From a virus (Duplodnaviria; Caudoviricetes): 64,000 nucleotides of DNA. This document shows, one piece after another, positions 14,128 to 23,382 of the stretch. Made by a program: the position numbers and the translations under genes. Positions within the stretch are counted from its first letter, which is position 1. The number at the start of each line of letters is the position of its first letter. The notes under the pieces were generated by a model that was not told the DNA's origin, ran no database searches, and was given only the letters and a program-made list of their open reading frames with translations. The DNA lies in the IMG/VR virus record IMGVR_UViG_3300028591_000081, positions 128,001 to 192,000 of that record, one strand, 5' to 3'.

Positions 14128-16851
14128 TTACGCAGTAGGTAGTTTGCCTTTGCTGTACAAATACCCAACCAGATCGCCACATCTACGACAGAACCCCTTC
14201 TGGTTCATGTACCGTTCAGAGTCGCATTTCGGAACGATCTTCCCATGCTCTTCCTTGGTACCACCGAGATAGCATTCATACTGACGTTCCACGCTGATTG
14301 CCTTTCCATTCTGACAGCAGACGTTGATAAGACCTGAAGCACTGTTCCCTGCCCGGGCAATGCGGAAAGCATCGTTCAGGGTTCCTTGAGGCAACTTGGC
14401 TACGGTGCGTTTCCAGAAGTTGTCTACCCACAGACGCGATAACACAGTCTGGAATGGGTACAATCCATTGCTGTCCTGATAATTCAGACTTTCTTCGGCC
14501 CAGTCCTGCCATGGCTTTGAACTTGGTTCCTTTGAAAGAAACACTGCCGACAGCCCCTTATCGAAGATACGTGGCGGGGTTTGCTTTTTGTCCGTGTTCA
14601 CGAATACAGGCTTGGCAAAGTCGCTTCTTCCCGTAATGTGATTGGTGATGGGCACCCATTTCAGGTTGACGCCCGGCGTGTTCTTTCCTGTATAGAGAAG
14701 TTTGAGCATGGCATTCGTCTGATATTTCTTCTGGAATCCCCAAATGGTGTAAATTTCATGCAGGTTTGACGTGTCCCAGTGAGCAATTCCCAGACCACCT
14801 GACTTGTAATCGAAAAATCCTTTTCCATGTCCTGCATTTGGAGCAAACCATGGTGTTCGTTTGTTATGCACAGAACAGAACTTGAGAGGGTCTTTCAGAT
14901 CTGTCGGAACCTCGGTCATTCCCCAGTTTGCTACTGCGATGAGCAGACAGAGAAGACCATAGTTGCCTTCTGCGATGATATGCTTCTGGAAGAGTTCAGA
15001 GTTGAATGAGAAGGAACGTTTTCCTGTTTCCTTCTGGATTTTTACGGCCTCTGCAACAGCACGGTCGAATTTTCCATTGGACATGTTTGCTACGGTCTTA
15101 TCCAGTGTAATAGGGACGGGTACAGAGTCTTTTGAACAGAGATAGGCTTTGAATGAGTTGTCTGCCATAGGAACCTCCTGTGAGAAATCTGGAGAGCCAC
15201 AGTCTTCACTTGGGATTGCATCGGTGGTCAGCTCTGCCGGGAAATTCCCAGCATTGAACTGCTCCACAACCTGTTTCATTATGTTTACCTGAGATTTTAG
15301 GGCACTGCTGTTATACACATCGTTGAGATTGGAACCCCCTTCTTGGATGCTCTGGGCCGCACTTTCTGTGATGGGAGATTCCTTGATAAGATTTACTGTG
15401 GAAGACACCACCCCGCCGCTCCAAGAAACCGAGGCATCCTGAATGAGATACTTTCCCTGCACCACACCGGGAAGTCCGTTAGACGTGTAGCTGTAAATCT
15501 CCGCATACGCTGACACATTGTTTTCCCAGTGGATGTAGTTTCGACAGGACATGGAGATCTTAAATCCCGCCTTGGAGTTGTGCATGGCAATGGTAGCCAG
15601 ACGCATGTAAATCCCGGTGGAGTTCTCATTGGTCATGTACCGTCCGGAAGGCGTAAAAACCATCGTACCATTTGGCGTGTCAGCAATCTTGAATGCACTG
15701 TCTATCATGGCTTCGGAGTTTATGCTCGCCGACAAAGAATCCAGAGGTATGACTACCTTGTTATTCCACAAACCCGTAAGCGGTTTCGGTGCGTTGTAGA
15801 AGAACACTACGCGGTCGAGTGCCAAATCCACCCCTTCTTTGTCGGCGACAGGCTGATTGTCTATCTTTACGGCAGTGAGATACCGACCCTTTTCAGTCAT
15901 GTGGACTTTGGGTTCATAGGTAACTTTCGGGTCTGCATCTTTACTCTTGGCGGAAAAGATCGTGCGAATAATGGCGTCAAATTCCGTTTCCTCAGCACTC
16001 TTTTCTGAGGTACTTACCGAGGATGAGAAGGTCTTGAGTTCGTACACCCCATTTCGGAAGAACAGAGCTTCGCCGGATTTTTTCAGGTCAGCAACAAAGT
16101 CTTTGAGATTCTTGAACTCTTTTAGGTCAGAGGTCGTGAACCGAATATCCGTATGGTACAACTCACTAATGTAGGTAAGGGCTTCGACAGGGTCTTCAAA
16201 CTTCGGCCCGACGACACCCTTGGGCATTTCCGTGATAACATCCCCTGAGAAGGATGTTCCGATGGCTGAGGTGTTTTGAAGTTCTTCGACGGCGTACTTG
16301 ATGTTCTGACTGTTGAGGTTTGCCGCATTTCGAGGGTCGTCCGCTCGGTATGTACCGAAGTCAAACATCAGTTCTGAGAAAACACTTTCGTTATCCCCAA
16401 CGTCGGACTGGTCACACGTAAAAGTGATGGTAGACGGAGTACCGAAACTGTATGACCAAGACTTCACGGATAGGAACCATATACGAGTTCCGCTGTAACA
16501 CTTCATGCCTACGGCGATGGTTCCTAGCTTTCCTTCCCCCTTGGCAACCGTGGTCGGGTGATTGATGCTCATGGAAGCCGCGTTGGCTGAATTGACCAAC
16601 CGTTCGAGGTTGTTTTTCGACATCGTAGACGAAAGGACAGACAGAAGCGTGAACAAGTCCTCATAGTAGTCCGCAACCTGAATCACCCCACTGGCCCCAC
16701 TTCCTACGTTACTCCCAGCCTCGTTAGTACTCAGGTTCTGTGTTATATTGACACTAAGCAAACTCTTGGAAGACGTGAAATCGAACTGGTAGTGCTCAAA
16801 GGCAAAAACTGCTTTGACAAATGTGCTGTTCTTGTAGCTATCAAGGGACAT
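14128..16851 (-). CDS. Putative baseplate hub-like protein with possible C-terminal lytic domain, 907 aa
   Basis: Follows gp53-like gene; GKYLIQDASVSW...STVNLIK resembles the hub C-terminal strand pattern; GGLGIAHWD resembles a lysozyme-family motif. Confidence 0.4.
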   Translation of the reverse strand: MSLDSYKNSTFVKAVFAFEHYQFDFTSSKSLLSVNITQNLSTNEAGSNVGSGASGVIQVADYYEDLFTLLSVLSSTMSKNNLERLVNSANAASMSINHPTTVAKGEGKLGTIAVGMKCYSGTRIWFLSVKSWSYSFGTPSTITFTCDQSDVGDNESVFSELMFDFGTYRADDPRNAANLNSQNIKYAVEELQNTSAIGTSFSGDVITEMPKGVVGPKFEDPVEALTYISELYHTDIRFTTSDLKEFKNLKDFVADLKKSGEALFFRNGVYELKTFSSSVSTSEKSAEETEFDAIIRTIFSAKSKDADPKVTYEPKVHMTEKGRYLTAVKIDNQPVADKEGVDLALDRVVFFYNAPKPLTGLWNNKVVIPLDSLSASINSEAMIDSAFKIADTPNGTMVFTPSGRYMTNENSTGIYMRLATIAMHNSKAGFKISMSCRNYIHWENNVSAYAEIYSYTSNGLPGVVQGKYLIQDASVSWSGGVVSSTVNLIKESPITESAAQSIQEGGSNLNDVYNSSALKSQVNIMKQVVEQFNAGNFPAELTTDAIPSEDCGSPDFSQEVPMADNSFKAYLCSKDSVPVPITLDKTVANMSNGKFDRAVAEAVKIQKETGKRSFSFNSELFQKHIIAEGNYGLLCLLIAVANWGMTEVPTDLKDPLKFCSVHNKRTPWFAPNAGHGKGFFDYKSGGLGIAHWDTSNLHEIYTIWGFQKKYQTNAMLKLLYTGKNTPGVNLKWVPITNHITGRSDFAKPVFVNTDKKQTPPRIFDKGLSAVFLSKEPSSKPWQDWAEESLNYQDSNGLYPFQTVLSRLWVDNFWKRTVAKLPQGTLNDAFRIARAGNSASGLINVCCQNGKAISVERQYECYLGGTKEEHGKIVPKCDSERYMNQKGFCRRCGDLVGYLYSKGKLPTA

Positions 16852-16892
16852 TGGTACTTCTCAAACGAATCGAGGTCTTATACAGTAAGGAG

Positions 16893-17183
16893 TTAAAGAA
16901 TGCCTTGGATGTCCGGAATACGGATGGTTGTTCCGGCAGGTATATTGTTCGGGTCAAGGAATCCATTGAATCGGCAAAGAAGCCACCAGTAACGAGCGTC
17001 CCCAAACACGCGCTGGGAAATCAGCTCTGGGTTGTTTGCTTCCTTGTAACGGACAAAGGTTTCTGTGTAGGTCAAGTTCAGCACACGATAATCTTCAACG
17101 ATAAACCCATTCTCAGACCCAGAGGCATGAAACCGGGACATCTTGTTGTACAGGCCGTCTGTGGTTCTGGTTGCAGTCGCCAT
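16893..17183 (-). CDS. Baseplate wedge gp53/LysM-like protein
   Basis: NPELISQRVFGDARYWWLLCRFNGFLDPNNIPAGTTIRIP. Confidence 0.8.
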   Translation of the reverse strand: MATATRTTDGLYNKMSRFHASGSENGFIVEDYRVLNLTYTETFVRYKEANNPELISQRVFGDARYWWLLCRFNGFLDPNNIPAGTTIRIPDIQGIL

Positions 17184-17201
17184 AAGAAACCTCCACAAGA
17201 A

Positions 17202-20200
17202 CTAAAGTGTTGGGTACTTGTATCCGAGACGTTCCATCGCATAAGCAACCGAAGTCTTTTGACCCTTTTCATCGTAAAACCAGCCAGCGACACGAAGTAG
17301 AACCGAGTTCGTCATAGGGTCAAAACTTTCGATACCGGGGAACATGTCGTCCATGGTAAAGAACATTTCCAGTTCCGTCCCTTCCTTTGTGTGGATAAGA
17401 CGTTTCATACGGAAATTCTCGTCCTTATACCATCCCATCACCTTTGAGTCCTCAGTGAGTCCGGACATGCTTCGAACCCATGCCGAAATCTCTCCCCATG
17501 TGATGGTATGAAGAGAGGACTCGGCGTGCGGTGATATGGACTGAAGTTTGGAATAATCTTTGATGCCTAATTCGTACTCGTTGTGGGTGTCGTACACACT
17601 CCAAGGCATTCCGATTCGCTCAAGCATGTTTAGAACTCGCCACGGATAGTCAATCGTTTCCTGATGAATCTCATCAAACGTCTTCATGCGGTCAGGAAGT
17701 TCCCATTTCAGTTCGTCCCGCATGACCACATAGAGTTTGCGGGCCAGATCTTCTTCGATTTTGTTGATGCGTTCGGTCGGCCCGGATTTGATCTTGTCCA
17801 GCAAGGCATTGGTTCTGTCCACAAGGCTCTGAAGGTATTTTTTACCAAAATTTCGGCGCGTCTGCTTATCCCCGGTCCAGTGGTCTGCATCATAATGCCA
17901 TAGGTCGTAGACCGTGCTTCCGTACAACTCTGACTCATTGACACCCACACTCAACGTAACACAAACATTGAAGTAGTCATCTCTGAACAGTTTGTCGTCT
18001 ACACTCAAGGCACTTCCGGATACTGTTCTGACATTCGATTTACTCATGTCATTCCAAGGTTCATTCTGTAAAGCACCCCCAGTGTATGCCACCTTCCCGT
18101 TGTTACACAGATCGTACAGGGAAGACTTCAAGTACCACTCAAAAGGTATTTTGCACTTCCCGTCTACCCACCCTGTGCTTATACCGCTCCATCCGATTTT
18201 CACAGTTTTTGGGTACTCTGCATCGACATCCAGTGGTTTCTTGGTGCTCCACGTTTTAGAATCCGTATAATCAAGAAAGTCTTTGAGAGCAAAGAATTTA
18301 GATGTAGATTCCGTGCCGTTACCTGAGGAGACTTCCTGAGAGAACCATTTCTTTCCCCAAGGATCTTCCTGTGGATTCTGTGGCCGATCCCCATCCATCT
18401 CGGCCTCGGCCATAATGTATTGACACTTGAACACCATACCATCGGTTGTGACGTACAGCCACCACGCCTCCAAGTCCTGCTTCAGTTCACGAACCTCCGT
18501 GTCATACCCTTCCACATCCGAAATAAGGTTGTTCATTTTAAGTTTGCATAAAGCCACATCTCTGTGCAACTGAATGAAATCTGCGAGTCTCCCTTCAGTG
18601 TTATGAGTGGAGCTGGCGATCTTTGCTACCAAATCATCTTTCGGATCAGTGTAGTCCTCAATGATTTTACTAACGGCATTCGCGGACTCCTTTTGTACGG
18701 TATCGTTCAGATTCTGACCTGACATATTCGACAGCTCAACAGCTTTCTTGGCTAAAGCTCTGGCATACAGCATAATCTGTTGGAACCCTGAGTTTATCAG
18801 TACCGGCTCCCCTTGGTAAATCAGAGGATGTCTTCCCTTGTCATCAATGACCGTACCTTCTGGGAGTGTATATGATACAGACTTGAGGGCACTGGAGAAC
18901 GAAGATATGGCCTTCTCTGTGATGTTGAATCCAGCCCGCATTTCCACAAACTCGGCACACAGGGACTTCAAGACTTCCGGTACTGGATGCTTGTCGCAGT
19001 TGTTCAGGAACTCCATGATGTCTTCCGCAGTAATCCCTGAAGCATCTTTTGCGGTCTTGCCTGTGCCATAATATATGGCCGTGATGACCTTCTGGCCCGC
19101 CCATATCACGGCATCAACAAGGATCGTTTTGATGGCGACCGTTACAGCAGTTCCAGCGACGAAGGATGCCCCACCAACAGCAACTGCCAAAGCCCCTGCG
19201 GCCAACCCTCCTGAAAAAATCGTAGCGGCAGTTAAGACGACAACGACAGCCGCACCAATAAAAAATGTCTTGATGTACCCACCAAGATTTTCCTCACTCC
19301 ACGTCGAGTCATCTTTCAGGTCGATGAAGTTCTCAAGAAGAGGTAGGAGACCTTTGTCAGGATCTCCGGCCAGCATCTGACCAAGCGTCCCGGTTCGGTT
19401 GCAGACCTGTGTGTAGGTATTTTCTCCAAGCATCTTAGAATCGTCGCCCTGCATGATGGTGTCGATGATTTCCCACGCCACCATCGCCAGAGGAATAAAC
19501 CCTCCTGTGTTCTCCTGCCATTTCAGGAAGACTTCTTTTTTCTGATCATCATACCCAACCGCCTCTCTGGCAAGACTGTTATTCTTAAACCAGTCCTTGA
19601 TGTTCAGATCAATCATGTACTTCCTGATATCCTTGAACCACTGACGGATATTCAGGAAATCTCCAAGAGTGAATCTCGATGTGTCCTCAAACAGCCTCTG
19701 CATGGTGTCAAAGTCCAACTGCACAGGCATGTTTTCATAGATTTCCTTCAGTAACGCTTGAGAACTCATTTCTGGTTCTTCTGGCGTCGCGGCTTCAGGA
19801 ATCGAGAACCGCTCGTCGGATTTTACCTGCTTCAGGGGTATCTGTTCGTCAATCAGAAAGTTCAGAGATACGGACATGGAACCATACGAATACTGTTCCT
19901 GTGTGTTGTTCTGAATGGATCCTGTCTCCGGCTGAGGTACCCCGTCGTTCCATGAGGTGTACAGGTCTCCCTTAAAGGAACACGATACGGTTGAAATGTA
20001 CCCTTCAAAGGTCATACCCGGAAGATGGATGCGGCACTTCCTAGGTTCCACGTGCAAGTCCTGATACTGGTAAGGTCTGGACAGGGATTGCAGACGATTT
20101 GCAAGGGAGGCCAGAGGCTCATCAGGGTACTCCTGTTGGTACATGTCAAAGCTGAAGCTCAGAGAACGGGCATTATGCTTGGTGTAGTAAAACCCAATCG

Positions 20201-21539
20201 CGTTCTGTCCTGCTGGAGGAACCGGGTTTGAAATTTCGGCGTTGCTGGCCAGAGTCCCCACCTGATCGATGCGTGACTTGATGATTATTTCTTCCACATC
20301 ACCAAACGAACCCATGTCCACACCGACCGGGGGTATCTCCACGATCTTCATGCCGTACTCATACCACTGAGCGTTTGCTGTTACAGTGACTGGGTCAGAC
20401 GGGTGATGTTCATAATTCGAGGGAACTTGAATCTTGGATTCCTTTTGAAGTTTCCACGACTTTTGAAGAATCTCCGTAAGCTCTTGCTTCAATTCGTTGT
20501 AACGAGACTCAGGAATAATCCAGTCAAGGACTTTATCAACGTTCAGCGTGTTTATGCCTACACGATCATCATGGCACAAGACATCGTCAATCTTTTCCTT
20601 CACGGCTTTGGCATCCGCCGTTTCTTCAGAATTCACGAGGTCGCCGGATTTCACATACGTTCCGTCACCCACATCTAGGAGACGGTTTGGGTCTGCGGTA
20701 TCCGAAGGGGTGTACGGAAAGGTAGATTGAAGAACATTCTTGGTTCCTTGACTGGAGTCCTCGAAGGTTTGTTCCGCGCCCCACGAGGTGTAAAGCTCCG
20801 CATTGGACGTTAGGGTTTCCTGTAATTGTTCATAAGCTGTTCGAGTCTCCGAAAGCTCTTCTGACTTCTCCTCATCCACGGCACCAGACGCATCATATAC
20901 TTCATCCGCAATACACACATACGTGGTTGGGGAAGTTGAGGTCTTCACAGAGATCCCTACGGTTTCGGCACGGTCGCTCACCTTCTCTATACGGTCTGTT
21001 ACTGCATAAGACGAGCTACGTGGCGTGACCTTTCCTGTGGCGTTGGTAACATTACACATTCCGCTCACAAGTTCGCTGGCCAGCACAGAGTCCATTTGTG
21101 CCTCTGCATCCCCAGACGGAGCGTAGTACTCCATCAACTCACGAATCGTGGTGTCGTCGAAATCAGACTTTCTCGACACAGTAGCGTTCTGCTTGAATCC
21201 CGGAGAAAGTTGGGCCAACACTTTCTCGAACAGTCCCGTGAGAACAGGAGTTTCCCCAGTACCGGGATTACCCTCATACCCGTCTCGAATGGCGATTACG
21301 AGATCGGACACAAAGTCACTCACAGACTGTCTCCACTCTTCAAACGAGGACGATGGAAATTCGTAATCCTTGATGAGGTTGTTGTAGATCTCTTTTGTCT
21401 TCGAACGAGCCGTGTAAGAAACGGATGTGTCGAGAATATGGTCAATTCCTGAATCTTTCCCTTCCGCATACACAGACTGGTATAGAGCACTGTTGGTGTC
21501 GATTTTTGAAACCCTGTAATTACTCGATGAATACGCCAT
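17202..21539 (-). CDS. Large protein (~1445 aa) with tail-tube-initiator-like domain and long hydrophobic hairpin
   Basis: RSLSFSFDMY...LQSLSRPY...PRKCRIHLPG..FEGYISTVSCSF; ~55-aa Gly/Ala-rich hydrophobic segment; directly upstream of gp53-like gene. Confidence 0.55.
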   Translation of the reverse strand: MAYSSSNYRVSKIDTNSALYQSVYAEGKDSGIDHILDTSVSYTARSKTKEIYNNLIKDYEFPSSSFEEWRQSVSDFVSDLVIAIRDGYEGNPGTGETPVLTGLFEKVLAQLSPGFKQNATVSRKSDFDDTTIRELMEYYAPSGDAEAQMDSVLASELVSGMCNVTNATGKVTPRSSSYAVTDRIEKVSDRAETVGISVKTSTSPTTYVCIADEVYDASGAVDEEKSEELSETRTAYEQLQETLTSNAELYTSWGAEQTFEDSSQGTKNVLQSTFPYTPSDTADPNRLLDVGDGTYVKSGDLVNSEETADAKAVKEKIDDVLCHDDRVGINTLNVDKVLDWIIPESRYNELKQELTEILQKSWKLQKESKIQVPSNYEHHPSDPVTVTANAQWYEYGMKIVEIPPVGVDMGSFGDVEEIIIKSRIDQVGTLASNAEISNPVPPAGQNAIGFYYTKHNARSLSFSFDMYQQEYPDEPLASLANRLQSLSRPYQYQDLHVEPRKCRIHLPGMTFEGYISTVSCSFKGDLYTSWNDGVPQPETGSIQNNTQEQYSYGSMSVSLNFLIDEQIPLKQVKSDERFSIPEAATPEEPEMSSQALLKEIYENMPVQLDFDTMQRLFEDTSRFTLGDFLNIRQWFKDIRKYMIDLNIKDWFKNNSLAREAVGYDDQKKEVFLKWQENTGGFIPLAMVAWEIIDTIMQGDDSKMLGENTYTQVCNRTGTLGQMLAGDPDKGLLPLLENFIDLKDDSTWSEENLGGYIKTFFIGAAVVVVLTAATIFSGGLAAGALAVAVGGASFVAGTAVTVAIKTILVDAVIWAGQKVITAIYYGTGKTAKDASGITAEDIMEFLNNCDKHPVPEVLKSLCAEFVEMRAGFNITEKAISSFSSALKSVSYTLPEGTVIDDKGRHPLIYQGEPVLINSGFQQIMLYARALAKKAVELSNMSGQNLNDTVQKESANAVSKIIEDYTDPKDDLVAKIASSTHNTEGRLADFIQLHRDVALCKLKMNNLISDVEGYDTEVRELKQDLEAWWLYVTTDGMVFKCQYIMAEAEMDGDRPQNPQEDPWGKKWFSQEVSSGNGTESTSKFFALKDFLDYTDSKTWSTKKPLDVDAEYPKTVKIGWSGISTGWVDGKCKIPFEWYLKSSLYDLCNNGKVAYTGGALQNEPWNDMSKSNVRTVSGSALSVDDKLFRDDYFNVCVTLSVGVNESELYGSTVYDLWHYDADHWTGDKQTRRNFGKKYLQSLVDRTNALLDKIKSGPTERINKIEEDLARKLYVVMRDELKWELPDRMKTFDEIHQETIDYPWRVLNMLERIGMPWSVYDTHNEYELGIKDYSKLQSISPHAESSLHTITWGEISAWVRSMSGLTEDSKVMGWYKDENFRMKRLIHTKEGTELEMFFTMDDMFPGIESFDPMTNSVLLRVAGWFYDEKGQKTSVAYAMERLGYKYPTL

Positions 21540-21652
21540 GACAAATCCCTGCAAGAATCAGAAAATCCACTTGGTTTCGATAGACGGCAAGTCCCCCTGT
21601 AAGACACGGAAGTCTATCGAAACTCATTGAGTTTTTCTTTGTTGGAGTGCTT

Positions 21653-22012
21653 ATGTTACGTTCATTTTCAGAGAAATACAGCATCAGAAATTTCACCTAT
21701 GATTCCGGATCTGATGCTGTCCGTGAGTATCTGACCTTCATCCTCAACACACCAAAAGGCACACGTGCGTACTACCCAGACTTCGGAAGTAATCTGCATA
21801 AATACCAATATGCACCGCTCAACCAAACCTTGATCAGAGAGGTTCATGCGGAGATTCGCAACTGTGTCAATCAGGTGGAAGGTATCACAGTTCTGACCAC
21901 GGAATACGATGTGAACATAAAGCTCCGGCAGGTAGCCTTCAAGTTCTACCTGATGGTGGACGGAGAACGTATGCAGGTTTCCTTGGGCTACAAAGACGGA
22001 AGTGTTCAATAA
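21653..22012 (+). CDS. Baseplate wedge protein, gp25/GPW-like
   Basis: ILNTPKGTRAYYPDFGSNL signature. Confidence 0.9.
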   Translation: MLRSFSEKYSIRNFTYDSGSDAVREYLTFILNTPKGTRAYYPDFGSNLHKYQYAPLNQTLIREVHAEIRNCVNQVEGITVLTTEYDVNIKLRQVAFKFYLMVDGERMQVSLGYKDGSVQ

Positions 22013-22027
22013 AACTGAGAGGGTACC

Positions 22028-23365
22028 ATGACTATTATAAGACGACTGAAGAATCTTACTGTGGAAGACAAAACTTCCCCTACGTATGATGGTGTGGGTG
22101 ATACCGAGTACTCTGTATGGAGAACTGAGGAATACCTCAATAAAAAGTTCGATGAGTACAACAGAAGATTCTTTGGCGGGAAGCTCACAAAAATCCCTGT
22201 GAAGTTTCAGGGGCGTTCCACCAAACGTTACGGGTGGTACTCGGCACAACTGGCGAACTCAAAACAAATTCGTGATTCCGTCATGCAGGAAGCTGAGGAG
22301 AAAGGGTTGCGCAGTTGGGAAATCCGGAATCTGCTCGATACAAGACTGCACAACGAACTGCGTGTGAAGAGTGAGGGAATCTTTCTGACGAACGCAAACT
22401 GGAAAGACCGATACACGATGGAGGGGGTTCTCGTTCACGAAATGTGTCACGAGTATCAGTATGAGGTTCTGTGCGAATTCAAGCAGTCCAAAGTCACGCT
22501 GGATGCGAAGTTGGGAAGTGGTTCGTTCGGTCACGGGCCGAAGTTCTTCGAGGCCGCCGAAATGGTCAATTCTTCTCCGGAAAATGTCGAAGGTTTTCAT
22601 ATCACCCAGTATGGTGCTCCTGACGATGCCACACGTCTTGCCTACAAAAAAGCGGATGGGTATCTGTATGTTTCGATTGAAGACGGCAAGGTAGTCAATA
22701 TCAGGTTCACAACCGATGCAAAACGAAAGCCCCTGCGCTCCATGTTTCAGTATGAGTACGAGTTTCAGTTCGCTGATGGACAGGCAAAAGCTGATCTGAA
22801 ACCAACCAAGGATTTGAAGATAGATATACGAAGTCCACGATGTCAGACTTTGGCAAAAGCCATTCTTGACGGAAAACTTCAACTCGTTCGTTACAAAAAG
22901 GAATTCGAAGAACAAACCCAGATGGATTTCCAAGAAAATATGCAGAAAAATCCTGACTCCATCTTAGGTATCAATGGAACCATGGGAGTACGTTGTTCTG
23001 AAAAAGTTGGTAAAGCCCTGCTGAATTCAACACCTACCTATGAAGCCTTGGAACTTCTCCGTACCGTTATAGACAAGCTGTACACCAAGAAATACCGATC
23101 CGTTGATGACATGGAAACCTACTTGAGCCAGTGTCGCCTTCGTGTGGATAAATGCCTGCTTGCTCAAGTATTGCAGTTCTTAGACGACGGGTTCCTTGGG
23201 TTATATACCGAAAATATGGGGCCTGAAAGCGGTGTAACCATCAAGTCCATCGTGGATGGTTACAAGAAGGTAGGTCTGGACGAGCTGGAAGATGTGTTAT
23301 ACGATTCTGACAAGGATGAGTTTTTCAACTGGCTCGACAACGAGACGGAAGGACGTGTGTTTTAA
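22028..23365 (+). CDS. SprT-like zinc metalloprotease
   Basis: FDEYNRRFFGGKL, VLVHEMCH (HExxH), GHGPKF. Confidence 0.85.
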   Translation: MTIIRRLKNLTVEDKTSPTYDGVGDTEYSVWRTEEYLNKKFDEYNRRFFGGKLTKIPVKFQGRSTKRYGWYSAQLANSKQIRDSVMQEAEEKGLRSWEIRNLLDTRLHNELRVKSEGIFLTNANWKDRYTMEGVLVHEMCHEYQYEVLCEFKQSKVTLDAKLGSGSFGHGPKFFEAAEMVNSSPENVEGFHITQYGAPDDATRLAYKKADGYLYVSIEDGKVVNIRFTTDAKRKPLRSMFQYEYEFQFADGQAKADLKPTKDLKIDIRSPRCQTLAKAILDGKLQLVRYKKEFEEQTQMDFQENMQKNPDSILGINGTMGVRCSEKVGKALLNSTPTYEALELLRTVIDKLYTKKYRSVDDMETYLSQCRLRVDKCLLAQVLQFLDDGFLGLYTENMGPESGVTIKSIVDGYKKVGLDELEDVLYDSDKDEFFNWLDNETEGRVF

Positions 23366-23382
23366 TTTTTAAGGAGACGGAC

